Shown: positions 49,976 through 63,074 of the stretch, in pieces
Position numbering within the stretch: position 1 is the stretch's first letter
Layout of the letters: each line of letters opens with the position of its first letter
Assembly: GCA_951804945.1 (NCBI GenBank)
Contig: OX638158.1
Span: forward strand, 17,732,001 to 17,796,000
DNA from: Podarcis cretensis
Lineage: Eukaryota
DNA: 64,000 nucleotides
Direction: 5' to 3'
The notes under the pieces: generated by a model
Database searches by the model: none
What the model saw: the letters and a program-made list of their open reading frames with translations, nothing else
What the model was told of the DNA's origin: nothing
Program-made: the position numbers and the translations under genes

Positions 49976-50210
49976 AAGAAGAAGAAGAAGAAGAAGAGTT
50001 TCTATTTGATATCCCGCCTTTCACTCCCCTTAAGAAGTCTCAAAGCGGCTAACACTCTCCTTTCCCTTCCTCCCCCACAACAAACACTCTGTGAGGTGAG
50101 TGGGGCTGAGAGACTTCAGAGAAGTATGACTAGCCCAAAGTCACCCAGCAGCTGCATGTGGAGGAGCGGAGACATGAACCCGGTTCCCCAAATTATGAGT
50201 CCACCGCTCT
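49976..50210 (-). mobile_element. Squamate SINE with (TTC)n tail
   Basis: (GAA)n run followed by CACAACAAACACTCTGTGAGG...GAACCCGG core and B-box-like segment on - strand. Confidence 0.7.
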
Positions 50211-50236
50211 GAGGATGCACTGGCAGATTTCACATA

Positions 50237-50462
50237 CAGTGGTACCTCGGGTTACATACGCTTCAGGTTACACACTCCACTAACCCAGAAATAGTGCTTC
50301 AGGTTAAGAACTTTGCTTCAGGATGAGAACAGAAATTGGGCTCCGGCGGCGCAGTGGCAGCGGGAGGCCCCATTAGCTAAAGTGGTGCTTCAGGTTAAGT
50401 ACAGTTTCAGGTTAAGAACGGACCTCTGGAACGAATTAAGTACTTAACCAGAGGTACCACTG
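50237..50462. mobile_element. Tc1/mariner-type MITE, family A copy 2 (inverted relative to copies 1 and 3)
   Basis: TA|CAGTGGTACCTC...GAGGTACCACTG|TA. Confidence 0.9.
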
Positions 50463-51879
50463 TACACTCCTTCCTTCCCTACCACTTCCTGCCTCCAAAA
50501 CACAGGTTGCCTCATCATTTTGCAGATTAGCATTCCCACCTTGCTTGCCTGCTGCAATGATTCAGGCAGTTTCATTGCAGTTTTTAGAACTGTTTTCAAA
50601 GTAAGTTTCCAGAGCATATAGCGTTAAAGTATAAGGCATGGCAGGCCAACTTTGGGCATTTTTAAAGTAACTTGCTGCTACTTTGATGTCTGTGGGTGAC
50701 AGCTGTTGCATTAGAAGAGTTTCATTATTATTATTATTATTATGTCACACCTTGGAGGGAATGCCTCTTCCGATATATTGCTTTTTGTGAACATTCGTTT
50801 ATTTTCAAAGTATTTATTTATGCCATTTTTATTCTGTCCATCAACCAAGTCCTTCAGGCAGTTTATAAAACTTATAAATCAATAAAATGCAATCCACTGA
50901 CAAAAAAGGGGGGAAGTTTACCCCACCCACCCAGTCATTAGCCATTTACTTCCTGTGCCCCCTCCAAGAAGCGGAAGATGGTATATGTGAGTCTCCTCCC
51001 CATTTTATCCTCACAACAGCCCTGTAAGATAGGTTAGGCTGAAAGATGGCATCTGGCCCAAAGTCTTCCAGTTGGCTTCGTGGCTTAGTGGGGATTTTTA
51101 ACCTGGGTCTCCTTAGGCCTAGTCTAACCCAGACTTCCCTATGTCTTGGTGCCCACTGGATGTTGCTGGACTATAGCTCCCATTCTCCTTGACCACTGGC
51201 CATGTTGGCTGCAGAGTCCAAAACTTATGGATAGCGTCAAGTTCAGGAAGGCTGCTCTAACCATTACACCACATTGGCCATAACTGCGAGTGTGACACCT
51301 AAAAACGGGTATTCTGGCCCACCTCACCATTATTGAAATCAACTATGCAAACTGATGCAGAATTATCTGATTAATCATATGTTTGGTCATATATTAAAAA
51401 AAATTTATACAGCTATGTCATTTAAAAATATAACAAGGCAGTTTACAACAATAAAGCATAAAACCCGTAAGGAAGTTAAAAGCAGACGTCAGTTAAGCAC
51501 TGTGGAAAGAGGGATTCTTAATTGAATGCAGAGGCCTGGCGGAGCAGGAAAGTTTTCAGCAGGCATTTAAAACTTGGCCCAGAAGTTCAAAGCTGCCGCG
51601 ATCAGAAGGCTGCCTTCAAGCGCATTGGACGGGACGCGGCGGGCAAATCGCTTCTTGGAAGGCTTGTTCTCAGAAGCGCAGAGCAGCGCCTTGGCTGGAC
51701 GTGGCTGAATCAGAAATGTGTAATCCCCGTCGCCGCCCCGCTCCCAGCCTTTCTTCCCTAGAAGACCAAGGTACAACTCGTGGGCAAGGCCAGCTCGCGA
51801 AAAGGGCCCGTGTCGCTTTAAAAAGCGGGATTTGGAGGGGAGGAGCGCACCACGAAAAGCGGCGCGAGGAGGAAGTGAA

Positions 51880-51999
51880 GTCAGTCTCGCGGTGGCGAAT
51901 CCGCTGCTCGGAGCGGAGCGGACGAAAAAAGAAAGAGAGCGAGCGAGCAAGCAGGCGGCGGGGCTGCGGGACCTGAGCTGGGCAGAGCCGCTTTGCATG
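51880..51999 (+). other. BID: BID exon 1 (5' UTR; start approximate)
   Basis: ATG|gtgagt consensus donor inside the CpG island, 9 kb upstream of the BID start exon. Confidence 0.7.
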
Positions 52000-52357
52000 G
52001 TGAGTGGCTTCGGAGAAGCGGGGTTTCCCGCCTCTCCCGCGCCCCGCTTTGGAGAGCCCCTCTTTCCCCGGCGCGCGCGCGAGGGTGTGGTCGCAGTGGG
52101 GGGCTTTGCTGGCGGCCGGTTGGCAGCGCCCCCTCCCTCACCTCCCACCCCTCGCCGAAAAATCTCCGGCCTAAAAAGAGAGTCAAAAATGCTTGGGGAT
52201 GTTGAGAAGGCACTGACTGGAATCCCCCTCCTCCCCGCGCTTCCTTCGCTAGTTCAGCCATAGGCGAGACCCGCTTGCTTGATGTTCTGGAGGCGCTTCC
52301 TCGTGGCTTTCCCCCGCTCTCTCTGTGCGCAACCCAATTCTGTGGCAGTAGCATATA

Positions 52358-52602
52358 CAGTGGTACCTCAGGTTAAGTACTTAATTCGTTCCGGAGGTCC
52401 GTTCTTAACCTGAAACTGTTCTTAACCTGAAGCACCACTTTAGCTAATGGGCCCTCCCACTGCTGCCGCCGCGCCGCCGGAGCACGATTTCTGTTCTCAT
52501 CTTGAAGCAAAGTTCTTAACCTGAAGCACTATTTCTGGGTTAGCGGAGTCTGTAACCTGAAGCGTATGTAACTTGAAGCGTATGTAACGTGAGTTACCAC
52601 TG
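52358..52602. mobile_element. Tc1/mariner-type MITE, family A copy 3
   Basis: TA|CAGTGGTACCTC...GAGTTACCACTG|TA. Confidence 0.9.
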
Positions 52603-55600
52603 TAGTTGCTCCAAATGTTGCTCTTCGTTTTCAATAGCCGTGGCAAGACTATTAGCCCGCAGCTACGCTTGGAAAGTATTACCGAAGGGACCGCGCCGTT
52701 TTCTTAAAGCCTTCGCTCCTTGGCTGGTCTTCCCTTCCTGAGGGCTTTTGTGTGCGCGCTTTTGAGGGAGACTCCTCGAAGAGCCATGAAAAGACAGCCG
52801 ATTAATTCGGTTTATTATTCTGTTTTTAGCATTGGGTGGGTGCGGTTGCTCTTTCTGGGTTTCCCGCCTCGTGTTTTGTTGCGCGGTTTTCCTATTTTTT
52901 CTCCCATTTGGAGGTATTTGCAGGACACGCGCACGTCCCAGGCAGACGTTGCCCCAAAAATTCCCCACTGGGGGTGTCCGGAAATAACCGTGGTTGCGAA
53001 TGGTAGTCAGGGGTAGGGCAGGCCTGGGGGCGCCTTGTCCTTGACTGGGCAGGCCGAGCTGGGGGAACAAGAGGCCTCTTTGGCTGCTTGAGAGATGCCC
53101 ACAGTGGCATGTTCAGCCAGGACCTTGGGCTTTGGGGGCTCCCTTCATGGGGCAAGGCTCCCTGCTGCCAGTACCCCTCTCCCTGCAAGCATGGATGGAG
53201 CAGGAAAGTCAGCAGCCAGGAGATGCAGAAACAGCAGCTGCCGCAACTTGTTTACTTTCCTTGGTTGGGTCCAGAGGGAGAAGCCTGTATGGCTGTGGTG
53301 CCCTGGATGCATTTGGCAGATGCAGACAGGAGGATGTACTGCAGGTCCTGTAGATCTGGGGTCCCCAATCTTTCTAGCCCAAAAGCACTTTTGGAAATCT
53401 AAGAAACAGACATGAGCATGAAAAAAATACCCGTTTCGCATAAGCTACCAAAACAAGCAAAAACATTTGCACTGCCTCAAAATACATACAACCTCCCCCT
53501 TTAATATGTATTTATATATAAAATAGGGAGTTGCAGGGGGCCGTGGCAAGTGTTACCAGGGGTGTCTTTTGGGTGCCCATGGGAACCCCAGCTCTAGACA
53601 TCGTAGAACTGTATTTTTTTTACAATAATTTGTATTAGTTTCCAAATCCAAAATACACCTCATTATATCTATATCAAATCACAATACCAAATCAAATACC
53701 CAATTGTATAATTTTGGTGCCCCCACCCCCTGCGTGCTAGAATTACAGGTTTGTTTTTTAAAAAAATCTGCTTCCAAAGTCTTACTTAATCCAGTTGTAT
53801 TCCAATCGTAATTACTCTATAATCCATTCAGCAGCTGCAACGTTTATAACTTCTATTTGTATTAACACATTCAATAATTTATTACTCCACAAATGAAGAT
53901 CTATATCCTTTTGCTACTGCGTTTAGTAATTATTTGTCCATAATTTTTCTTCTTTCTTTGCCAAATGTTAATCCATTTGTCCAGAAAGTCCCATTGAAGG
54001 AAGATGAGGACAGGTGACCTCACCTAGGCCCGAAGTCACCCCCCACCAAAGCAGGCTCAAAGCTTCTCAGAGCTTTTCAAAATCATTTTTCTCAGCAGCT
54101 AAAAGGCATTAGCTAAGCATCAGAAACATTCCGCTTGCTGTAACTAAAAAGATTGCAACAAAGGTAGGGAACACAGTCCATTGTTTCTCAGGCCTTTCTG
54201 ATGCCTTCTGGCCTTGCTAAAGAACCACACTGCAACTTACTTTCTGTCCAGGAACCATGCCAGAACAAGAGATTGAAACATATCTGAACACTCTGAAACC
54301 CTTTTCCTGGGAAGGGTGCCAAGAGTCCCAATAGTCCCAAGACAGCTTTCTGTTCATGCTCAGAGGACTCCTGAGGGAGGAGAAAGGAGGAGGGAACTGG
54401 AAAGGGGTATATATGCTTGTGCACATGACTGTGAATTTCGTGCATGCTTTTTGTGACTTACCACACTTGCTCCTTCTACCAGTTCATGGATGGTAGAAAT
54501 AAAAGCCTTTTTCTCCGAAACTATTCCTTGAGTGTCTGTTGAGTCCCACTTCCCTTTCCCAGGCGCAATATTTTTCCCACCCGAGGGCAAAGCCTCATAA
54601 GGCTACACCATGTCGCTCCAGTTGTTCTCTCTCCTTTCTTTTCTCAATTGTAGTTGCAATATAAATACACCAGCCTACGGAAAAAGTTAACTGGCACCCC
54701 GCCAAAGCCCTGACAGTTCTCCAATTTCTCTTCCTTTAGGTATTGTTGAACTGTAGTTCACATCATCCCTGATCTTTGGGCATGTTTGCTGGGGCTAATG
54801 GGAGTTGGAGTTCAGGAAATCCCTGTTTTGATTTACTTACTAAGCAGTATCTAAATGCTGAAATAAATAAATAAAATATCTGGAGGGCCACAGGTTCTCG
54901 ATTCCTAGTGCAGTGTGACCAAACAACAAGAAGCGAGAAATTAGGTTTTGTTTCTATAACTTTAAAAAAAAAAAATTATTGTGGCAGGCAATGTGTGTGT
55001 GTAGGAAGAACTTGAATATTGGAAGCACAGTTCATCTCACACATCCTCTCACTTTCTGTTCCCACCTGCCCCATATTCATAGTGGTGCAAGGCCACCTTG
55101 AATCATCAAGAGTGGAATGGGGTGAGACATTACATCACAATCACATTCCTGAATGCAGTGCTATACTTTACCCATAAGGATGACTGGCAACAATTGACTC
55201 ACTTTACCTTAGGATAAAGTGGGACACAGCTGGAGGGAGGTGACACTGAGCTTTTTCTCCAAATCAAGCTTCATCTTAATGTTTAGGCCCAAGCTTGATC
55301 TTAATGTTCATGTCCTCAGTCACACCTAAATGTGACAACGTTGGGAACGAGCATTTCTGTAGCTAAAGTACCTCAGAGCCTGCCAAGATTACTGGGAGGC
55401 AAGGGAGTTCTAGGCATTTTCCCAGCTTCACTTGCTACCAATGCATGTGTCATATTCAGTCCCTGCTTCTCATAACAACAGCTGCAGAAGCCTCAGTGAT
55501 GAATAGGTTTGTCAAGGAAATAGGAAGAGTGGTCCTGCAACTGCCTTTCTTTCCCATCTACCATAGAGGCCGTAAGTGGTTGCTTGGGGTCTGAAGTGTG

Positions 55601-56440
55601 TGATATGGCGCTTGTTTCTCTAAAATTCAGGTAAGCAGCGTTACGAAAGGATTTCTCCCACCTTGCTAATATTTTAAAGGGGTAAGTGCCGAAGAATACA
55701 CACAAGTGTTTTGGACCTGATTCAGGTTGCATGTATTCTACTTTTGTGTTACTACTTTGAACAGTGCTGAGTTTGCTCACTTTTCAGAGCATGATAATAT
55801 TGTTGTATGCATTCGGATTTGATAGTTGGTTTCACAGAAGTGTAGCTTGCATGCAGAAGTACATCATTTTTGCAGCCAGTCTGTTGTGGAAGTATCCTCG
55901 CCACATTTTGGTTGGAGGAAACCAGCAGTTTTCAGCAAAAGCCAGATTTTTACCACTTTGATAGTCTGGCCTTTGTATTAGTCACAAAGCCACATTTTCT
56001 TCGTCTACCCCCCGCCCCCCAAAATCTTTTTTAAAGCATGAAACAAACATGCACATAAGGCACTTGAAATAAAAAAAACCAATGTGGACACCGTGTCTGA
56101 TGCACTAGAGAGGGAGCTGTTGTGTTTGATTTGGAGACTGTATGTTTCATTACAAGAGTAAAGGTGAGGAAAATCGAGCTCACCCCTACAGCAGAACCTC
56201 TTTACGTTTGCTCATGATTGGAGGAAATAGCCTCCTTTTCCAAAGTGAATTTGGGTCTAACTTCAACCTTGAAATATTATTCTTTTTATTAATAATAATC
56301 TTTTTGGCCAGTGACCCATTGAGCAAATTGAGAAGCCTCAATTATATTTCCCTTTTGCCACTGTGGTTGGAGGCAGGTGTGTCTTGCAAGAAGCTTCTTC
56401 TGGAGCCAGGGTGTGAGAATAGAGGCCATAACCCATAGGA

Positions 56441-56563
56441 TAAGGTTACCAGACGTCCCCGTTTCCCGGGGACAGTCCCCAGATTTACAAATCAGTCCCC
56501 ATACAAAATACATTGAAGTTGAAAAGTGTCCCTGGATTCATTGGAAAAAATCTGGTAACCTTA
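56441..56563. mobile_element. hAT-type MITE
   Basis: TIR TAAGGTTACCAGA...TCTGGTAACCTTA, exact 8-bp TSD CCATAGGA. Confidence 0.9.
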
Positions 56564-59500
56564 CCATAGGAACTTCGTGCTTGTGTGAATTATTTGCACA
56601 CATGTGTGCTCCTGTTACCCTCTGAATATCTGGAGTCTCCTGTGGGTTTGGATAAGATTGGTCTCTGTTACATTTGGAACAGTGAGACTTTTTTCAGCAT
56701 CTACTTTCTATATCTCTTATCTGTTTCTCCACCACCACCTGTCTTTAGGTGTGCAGCTGACAATTAAACTACCTGAGGCAAAAAAAAAAAAAACCGTTTT
56801 GGAAGTTGGCAGCGCGTGAGCTGTTCAGGCTGTCTGTCCACTGCGCAAACACTTCCCCACATTTGACAGGATTCACTCAATGGTTCACATGGGTAGGTCT
56901 CTTTCCTGTGAGCAATTAACTCCGTGCTGGTGAGCCTGTGAGTAGACACTGTGAATGTAATCATAAATGAAAACAACACTGCAAGCCCCCTAAATCACAG
57001 TCTAGAGTCACTGTTAGAAACTCAGATATAAGGACCCAGGTGGGTCCTTAAACCAGGGTTACAGTCACCCATTTAGGGGGCAGTTAACTCAAAAGCATAT
57101 TTTTCAATCATTCTGATTGTGCAGATAAAACATAACTGACAGAATTCTACAGGATGTGTTGTTGGTGTGTGAAAACAGGCAAGATCCAAGGATCATCAGA
57201 CATTTGCCTCCAGATGGTGGAGACGTCAGACGCCATGCTGGCTCCTAGCTTCACTTGGTCGCAAGTGACCGATAGCCAGGTAAAAAATGAGCCTGGCACA
57301 TGGGAAATTTCAAACTCTGCTAGAGGTGCAAGATAATTCCCACAAGCGATAGGAATAAAAAGGGCTCTTGTCAAACCTACATCCCAGATACTTAGCAGCT
57401 GGAAACTTGAACAATGAGAACTGCTAAAAATAAAATAAAAGAATCATACCCAACTAAAGGAATTAAGGGGTATTATCACCAAAGACCTCATTCTTACTAT
57501 TGGAGTTTGAGGTGAGCAAGCAATCAGTGTAAATAATTGCCCACAAAGTAAAAATTTAAAAGGGAGCAGATCCAATATTAATAGATGCCAGCTAGTATTC
57601 TGCTTTTCAATTTGACCCAAAAAGTCCACCTAGAGAACTACTGTCATTCACTCCTGCTTCCGGAAATACAATGTTTTGTGTTTCCTGGAACTTGGGAGCT
57701 GAGAATTTGATGTTGACAGCTACTTCCTTAATAAATATGACCTTTGCAACATGAGTCATTTTTTTAGGTTGTTGACTTGAACATATGTTTTTTCATGGCT
57801 GTGACGATGATATTATGATGACTGTTGTCCTTATATAATTGACACCCTTCATACTTGGCGATTCAAGCGCGTACCAGAAAGTTTTGGGTGAGACCCACCC
57901 TGAGGATTTCTGCAAGTGACTTTTTGTGGTTAGGAAAGTGATGGAGAAGTGTAGTCAAAAGTATGGGATGAATGAATCAGTAATGCAAAGGCATTTATCT
58001 TCCCTTGCATTTTGAAAATTCAATTTCTTTGGCATCTTTCCTTGGAGCCTTATATAAATTTGATTTCTGAGTGTTTATTGTGCCTTCTCTCCCCCCACAA
58101 AAAGTGGGGTTTTTTTGTATCCCCTTGCCAATCTAGGAATTAAATACTTTGGTGTATTTTGCAACCTTTGCAACTAAAGCTATTTCACTTTCCCAGTTCT
58201 GACAAATGTCTGCACTGTTTTGTATTGGAAGTTTGGTGGCAATCCCTAGGTGGCACCAGTAAACATTGCAATCATTTTATAGTTCGGTTACATAGGTTCT
58301 GTTATCTCCATTTAACCAATTAAGCTTTTTCTCATACTCGACCAACATTTTCTCTGCACACATTGCATTCAGTATAGGATTGCTCCTAATTTTTGTACAA
58401 CATAATACGTTTTGTGATTGCCCCCGCATGCAAAAATTAAAACAAACAGATTGCCCAAAGCTTTGAACTTTAAGGCTTCATTTAAAGTTCACTGCAGGCT
58501 CTGTGAAGCATAGAATCTACAATATTGCCACAGATTAATATATGCAGCCTGGGATTTGGACTGGGAACTCATAGTAGGAGTAGGAGTAATAATTCATTTA
58601 TAATTGCTTCCCATGGAGCATCCCAAAGGGATTTACAGTATATTAAAAGCATGTATAAAACAGTCACACAGATTGCGTGGCAGCCATACCTTAGCCAACA
58701 GTACTGCAGCTTGCTTTGGTTAAGGCAGGTGTGGAGAGACTGTAGCCCTCCAGGTGATGTTGGTCTCCACCTCCCATCAAGCCCGGCCACCATGGCTGAT
58801 AGTTGTGCATCTGGGCAGCCACTGGTCGCTTGCAGTAGGTGATAAGTGACACACCTCTCTTCTTGGCTTTTGACACCTGAGATGTATGCTTTTTGGACCC
58901 ACCTTCTGTGGTTGTAAGTGGCTTTAAACTGTATTTAACATGGTGCTTTAGTTGTTGCAACCCACGCTGGGACTTGGGGTGGTGGGCAGGCAGGCCATAA
59001 ACTGGTTATAATAAGAAGAATACATTTCCAGTCGTTAGTGGATAATTGGAGCCTGAGCCGCAGACCGATACTTATTTCCTGTGGTTTTTATTGCCAAGTT
59101 AAAACAATTTGGTCTGCCTTAGTGATTTCCTATTCCTTTGAGGTTTCCCCTTTGGAGTTTATTGTTCAGCGTCCCCACTTCCTTCATACTCTGCTTTCAT
59201 TCTCCTTGTCTGAGCAAGGCTGAATTGTGCTTAAACTGCTTAGGCAAAGAGCAGCAAGATTTGCAGCGGAGTGTTCAGGCAGACATTGTGGGATGGTAAA
59301 AGAAAAAAGAAAGTGCAATAATCCAGTGTAGAAGTTACCACCTACCTGGGTAGTAAATATACATAGGAATGCCCTGCATATATATTTAAATTAAATTCAA
59401 ACTTGGAGTGTTGCTTGGAAATAATTTTAATTTGAGTACATGGAAGTAGTTAAGCTTATGACAGCTTGACTGCAGGCATTGATTTTCATTGTTACAGTTT

Positions 59501-59570
59501 ACGTGGGGAGAAAAGGAAAGCACTGATGCCTACTAACACTAATTTTAGCTTGTGAAAAAGCTGTTTATTT

Positions 59571-59714
59571 CAGGCATAGGCAAACTCGGCCCTCCAGATG
59601 TTTTGGGACTACAACTCCCATGATCCCTAGCTAACAGGACCTGTGGGAATTGTAATCCCAATGATGGGAACTGTAATCCCAAAACATCTGGAGGGCAAAG
59701 TTTGCCTATGCCTG
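59571..59714. mobile_element. hAT-type palindromic MITE; older relatives near 3350, 4990, 16495, 18080, 29810, 36600, 38260, 45370, 51145, 54740
   Basis: TIR CAGGCATAGGCAAACT, exact 8-bp TSD GTTTATTT. Confidence 0.9.
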
Positions 59715-60171
59715 GTTTATTTGTTACGTTGGCATACATCCCATAGCAGTAATCAACCTGAAAAAATAATTTTATGGATAATAATAATTCAAGCTATTTT
59801 CCATTAAAGAAATAAATCATTGAAAACATTTCCATCCCATGTAACATCAGTGACTTTGTTGTCTGGCTGCATTGAGCATCTGGAAATTATGCATGAAAGG
59901 GAGCATGCAGATATGTTAATTAAGCCAGCCCAAGGTGTTGTAGTTTGGAGATGAAAAGCTTTGGGGTTCCTGCTAGCAGGGGTGGGGCAGAGTAAATCAT
60001 TCCCAGCATTTCCTTCTGACTTGTGAAAGTTTCCTTACCATTGGTCCATCTATCCCGGTATTGGTTCCTTTGCCTGCCCCACAAGCCTTGGGCTCTGCTA
60101 CCTGAAAGCCCTTAACTTTTTACAACTGAGTCCTGGGCCATTTCCTTTTTTGAGAATGATTTTCCTCCTCA

Positions 60172-60660
60172 TTTTCACCACTGCATCCAGGCAGTGTCCC
60201 AGGGACTGCACAGCCTTTCCTGATTCAGATGTTATGGAGAAATATGGTTGAGTGTGATGAGCACACTGGTGGCACCTTGCCCTGAAACTCATAATGAACA
60301 CTCCCAATGGCTTCGTGTAGATATTAAATAGCACTGGAGATAAGAGAGTCCCCTGTGGCGTAGCTGCCAGGAAGCCAAAAGGCACTCTTTCGATGCTACT
60401 CTCTGGACTCGGTCCTGAAGTACGGGAGCAGCCCCCAATTTCCATTCCCTGGAGCCAGTCCAGGAGGTCGCTGACGAGAGATCAAGAAGCTGGAGCAAGG
60501 TCGCACTCCCCCTGTCTGCAAAGGTCCTCAGAGAAGGCTTGCACCTGCCCCATCACAGACCTCTTTACTACCTTCTCCCAAAAGAGGAAGTATTTGGTCA
60601 GTAGTTGTTCCAGTCCAGAGCTGGTTTCTTCAGGAGCTGTTGCCTGTTTCAATGCAACAG
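60172..60660 (-). mobile_element. Decayed L2-type LINE reverse transcriptase fragment
   Basis: Minus-strand peptides LLDLSSAT and PQGTLLSPVLFNIYTKPLG...CHQCAHHTQPY resemble RT motifs LLDLSAAFD, PQGSILSP-LFNIY and YADDTQLY; frameshifted. Confidence 0.85.
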
Positions 60661-60689
60661 GGACCATCCCGTCACACAGTGAAGGGTCA

Positions 60690-60732
60690 AATAAAACCCA
60701 TTTTAATAAAACCCATTTTAATAAAACCCATT
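60690..60732. repeat. 15-bp tandem (AATAAAACCCATTTT x~3)
   Basis: Directly visible. Confidence 0.85.
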
Positions 60733-61013
60733 CGTCATCAGCGAAAACACCAGCAGTATATGCAAATAAAATATCTTGAGAAGTTCTGACCTTTCCCCCA
60801 GTCTGCAGAAATATATAAAATTCTGGTGTGAAATAGCTGTCAAGGAGGCCTCTGTGTTCTTCAGATGGTAATTGCTGGGCATATACTGGCCAGCTTGAGC
60901 TACAGAGAGAGAATTAACCAAGAGATGAAAAGAAATCACACGCAATTCTTCTTTTGCAGGTAGAAGCCCTGTGATTTCCGAAGATTACGAGTAACCTGGC
61001 TTCAGCATCAACG

Positions 61014-61022
61014 ATGGACCAG
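61014..61022 (+). CDS. BID: BID first coding segment (MDQ) in exon 60960-61022
   Basis: ttttgcag acceptor, ACGATGG Kozak context, CAG|gttgga donor; mirrors the very short first coding exon of human BID. Confidence 0.8.
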
Positions 61023-62029
61023 GTTGGATCGAAAATTATTTTCAAATAATTGTATCGTCTGAAGAAATGTTGAGTTGTTTCTCCAAGAAAAGTTATTTTT
61101 GAGTCACCTTTTCTAGAAGCCCCTACCCCCTTTCCCCCTAAAAGTGTTCAGCAGAACAAAGGAGCAAGCTGTGGCTCTCACTCACCCCTGAGCTATGTAG
61201 AGACATAGGGAATCCCTGCTTAGGAGTGGAGGTCCCCGTCTCTTCCAAGTTCTCAAAGTTTACAAATTGCTGCAGTGCACAAGCACAGATCCCATATGTT
61301 TAGATAAGTGTTTTCTTGTGGAAAGCACTGCCCTTGTAAGGTAGCTCAGAATCACTTGAGAATTCAGTCCCGATAGCTGGCTTTGATTGTACGTGCACAA
61401 CTAAGAGGGACCATTTCCAGAAGAGTAGCTGTGTTAGTCTGTCGTGACAAAAAACAGCAAAGAGGCTTGTGGCACCGTAAAAGACTGGCTGGTTTATTAT
61501 AGCATAAGCTGCCGCAGACATCGCCTGATGAAATGGACTGTAGTCCACGAAAACTAATGCTGGCACAAGGCTCAGTCAGGCTGGTCCTTAATCTCATTTT
61601 TCAGACATCAAGTGTGAATTAAAAGATGCCAAGATCGCCTTATTAGCAATGGTGTGATGGTGATTCGAAGACAAGGGCAGAGTTGAAAAAGAAATGCACA
61701 ACAACAGAGTTACAAAATAACTGCCCCTGGGACACTAGAAACCATACTTGGCTCTCACTCTGGAGAGTTTGACAGTGCCTGGTATTTTTAGTATCTTAAG
61801 AGCTGCTAACTTCCCCTTTTTTGTATTTAAATATAAACTGATATTCTCCGGTTTCACAGGGTAAGATTATAGATATGCATAACCCCTGGATCAAGATGAT
61901 AAAGGATTTCATGCACTAGAACTGCTATTATAAATATTTTTAAATAAGCATTAAATGAAGTTGGCTGCATACTTGTCTATCATAAATAATACCTGTTCTG
62001 TTTCTCTCCCCCCCCCCCCCCCATTATAG

Positions 62030-62216
62030 GGCGATTATAATAGCCCCTTTCAGGAGGCACAGCTAACCAAGATTCTCCTCTACTCCTTCCTGGAGAAGTC
62101 TTCCGACTGTGCTTTTGCTTCAGAGCTTTGTGCTTTGAAAAAACAGTTGGTTTCAGAGCAGGACGATGATGACGAGCTTCAGACAGATGGCAACAGATTT
62201 GGGCAACCTGAGGACA
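62030..62216 (+). CDS. BID: BID exon, 187 nt (GDYNSPFQEAQLTKILLYSFLEKSSDCAF...DELQTDGNRFGQPED)
   Basis: DELQTD|GNR caspase-8 site (62177-62191); donor A|gtaggt keeps frame with the next exon. Confidence 0.93.
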
Positions 62217-62701
62217 GTAGGTATTTTATCTTGAGCAAACAAGTTTGTTTGTTTGTTTGTTTGTTTGTTTGATACCCTGGCTTTTCCCTCAGTGCAGCAT
62301 GAATTTAAACAGACAGAACTACAAATATGCAATAAATATAAATATTTTTAGAACAGTTAAATAAATAAAACTATTAAAAATAGCTCTGCTGACAGTTATG
62401 GCCATTTTAAAGCACACATGCAAAAACATACATTATTATCCTTTCTTTTCTGCAAGCAGCTCAGAGCAGTGTACCCCTTGCACACATAATTCTCTCAGTA
62501 GCCCTGTGATGTAGATTAGGCTGAGAGGCAGTGGCTGCCCTAAGGTTTCCTAGCAAGCTCTGTGGCAGGGATTTGCACCCTGGCCATAAATTCAGTGCTG
62601 TAACCACCATGCTACGGTGGACACTTGTAGCAAATCCTCTGTGCTGTCCTCCTCAGCTGTCTGTTTGGAACCTAACTTCAACCTTGGGCACATCCAGTGC
62701 A

Positions 62702-62815
62702 TTTTTAAAACACATGACTTCCCCCAAAGAATCTAGGGAACTGTAGTTTGTAAAGGGCCCTGTGAGTGGGAAACTACGGTTCTCAGGATTCTTTAGGGGA
62801 AGTCCTGCTTTAAAT
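62702..62815. repeat. Palindromic MITE-like element
   Basis: TTTAAA...GACTTCCCCCAAAGAATC versus GATTCTTTAGGGGAAGTC...TTTAAA inverted arms. Confidence 0.6.
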
Positions 62816-63074
62816 GAGTGCTGGGTAGTGCTTTACCTATGTGGTGTGGATATGCCCCTTATTTATTTGAACAATTTATATACCACTTAGGTACAGTAGT
62901 CTTTCAGTGATTTCTTTTTTTCAAAGGTGCAATACAAAGAATAACAACCAGTTTTCACTAAAAAACGAAACATCAGTTAAAATGCCTGCTGGAATAAAAA
63001 AGCCTTCAGTAGGCCCTGGAAGTTCAGAGAGGAAGAGTGAGCAGAGAATTCCATTCTGATTAATCTTTTTTCAG

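Larger units (their letters stand above)
51560..53080. promoter_or_regulatory. BID: CpG island / BID promoter, interrupted by a MITE
   Basis: Dense CpG and GC; ETS-type GGAAGTG at 51871; strong donor at 52000. Confidence 0.85.

Noticed and set aside
51522-53441. Many 70-193 aa ORFs on both strands
   Set aside because: Expected in a GC-rich CpG island; no recognisable protein
57152-57280. Possible extra BID 5' UTR exon with CTCF-like (57206-57221) and CRE-like motifs
   Set aside because: Weak pyrimidine tract and partial motif matches; needs RNA or ChIP data
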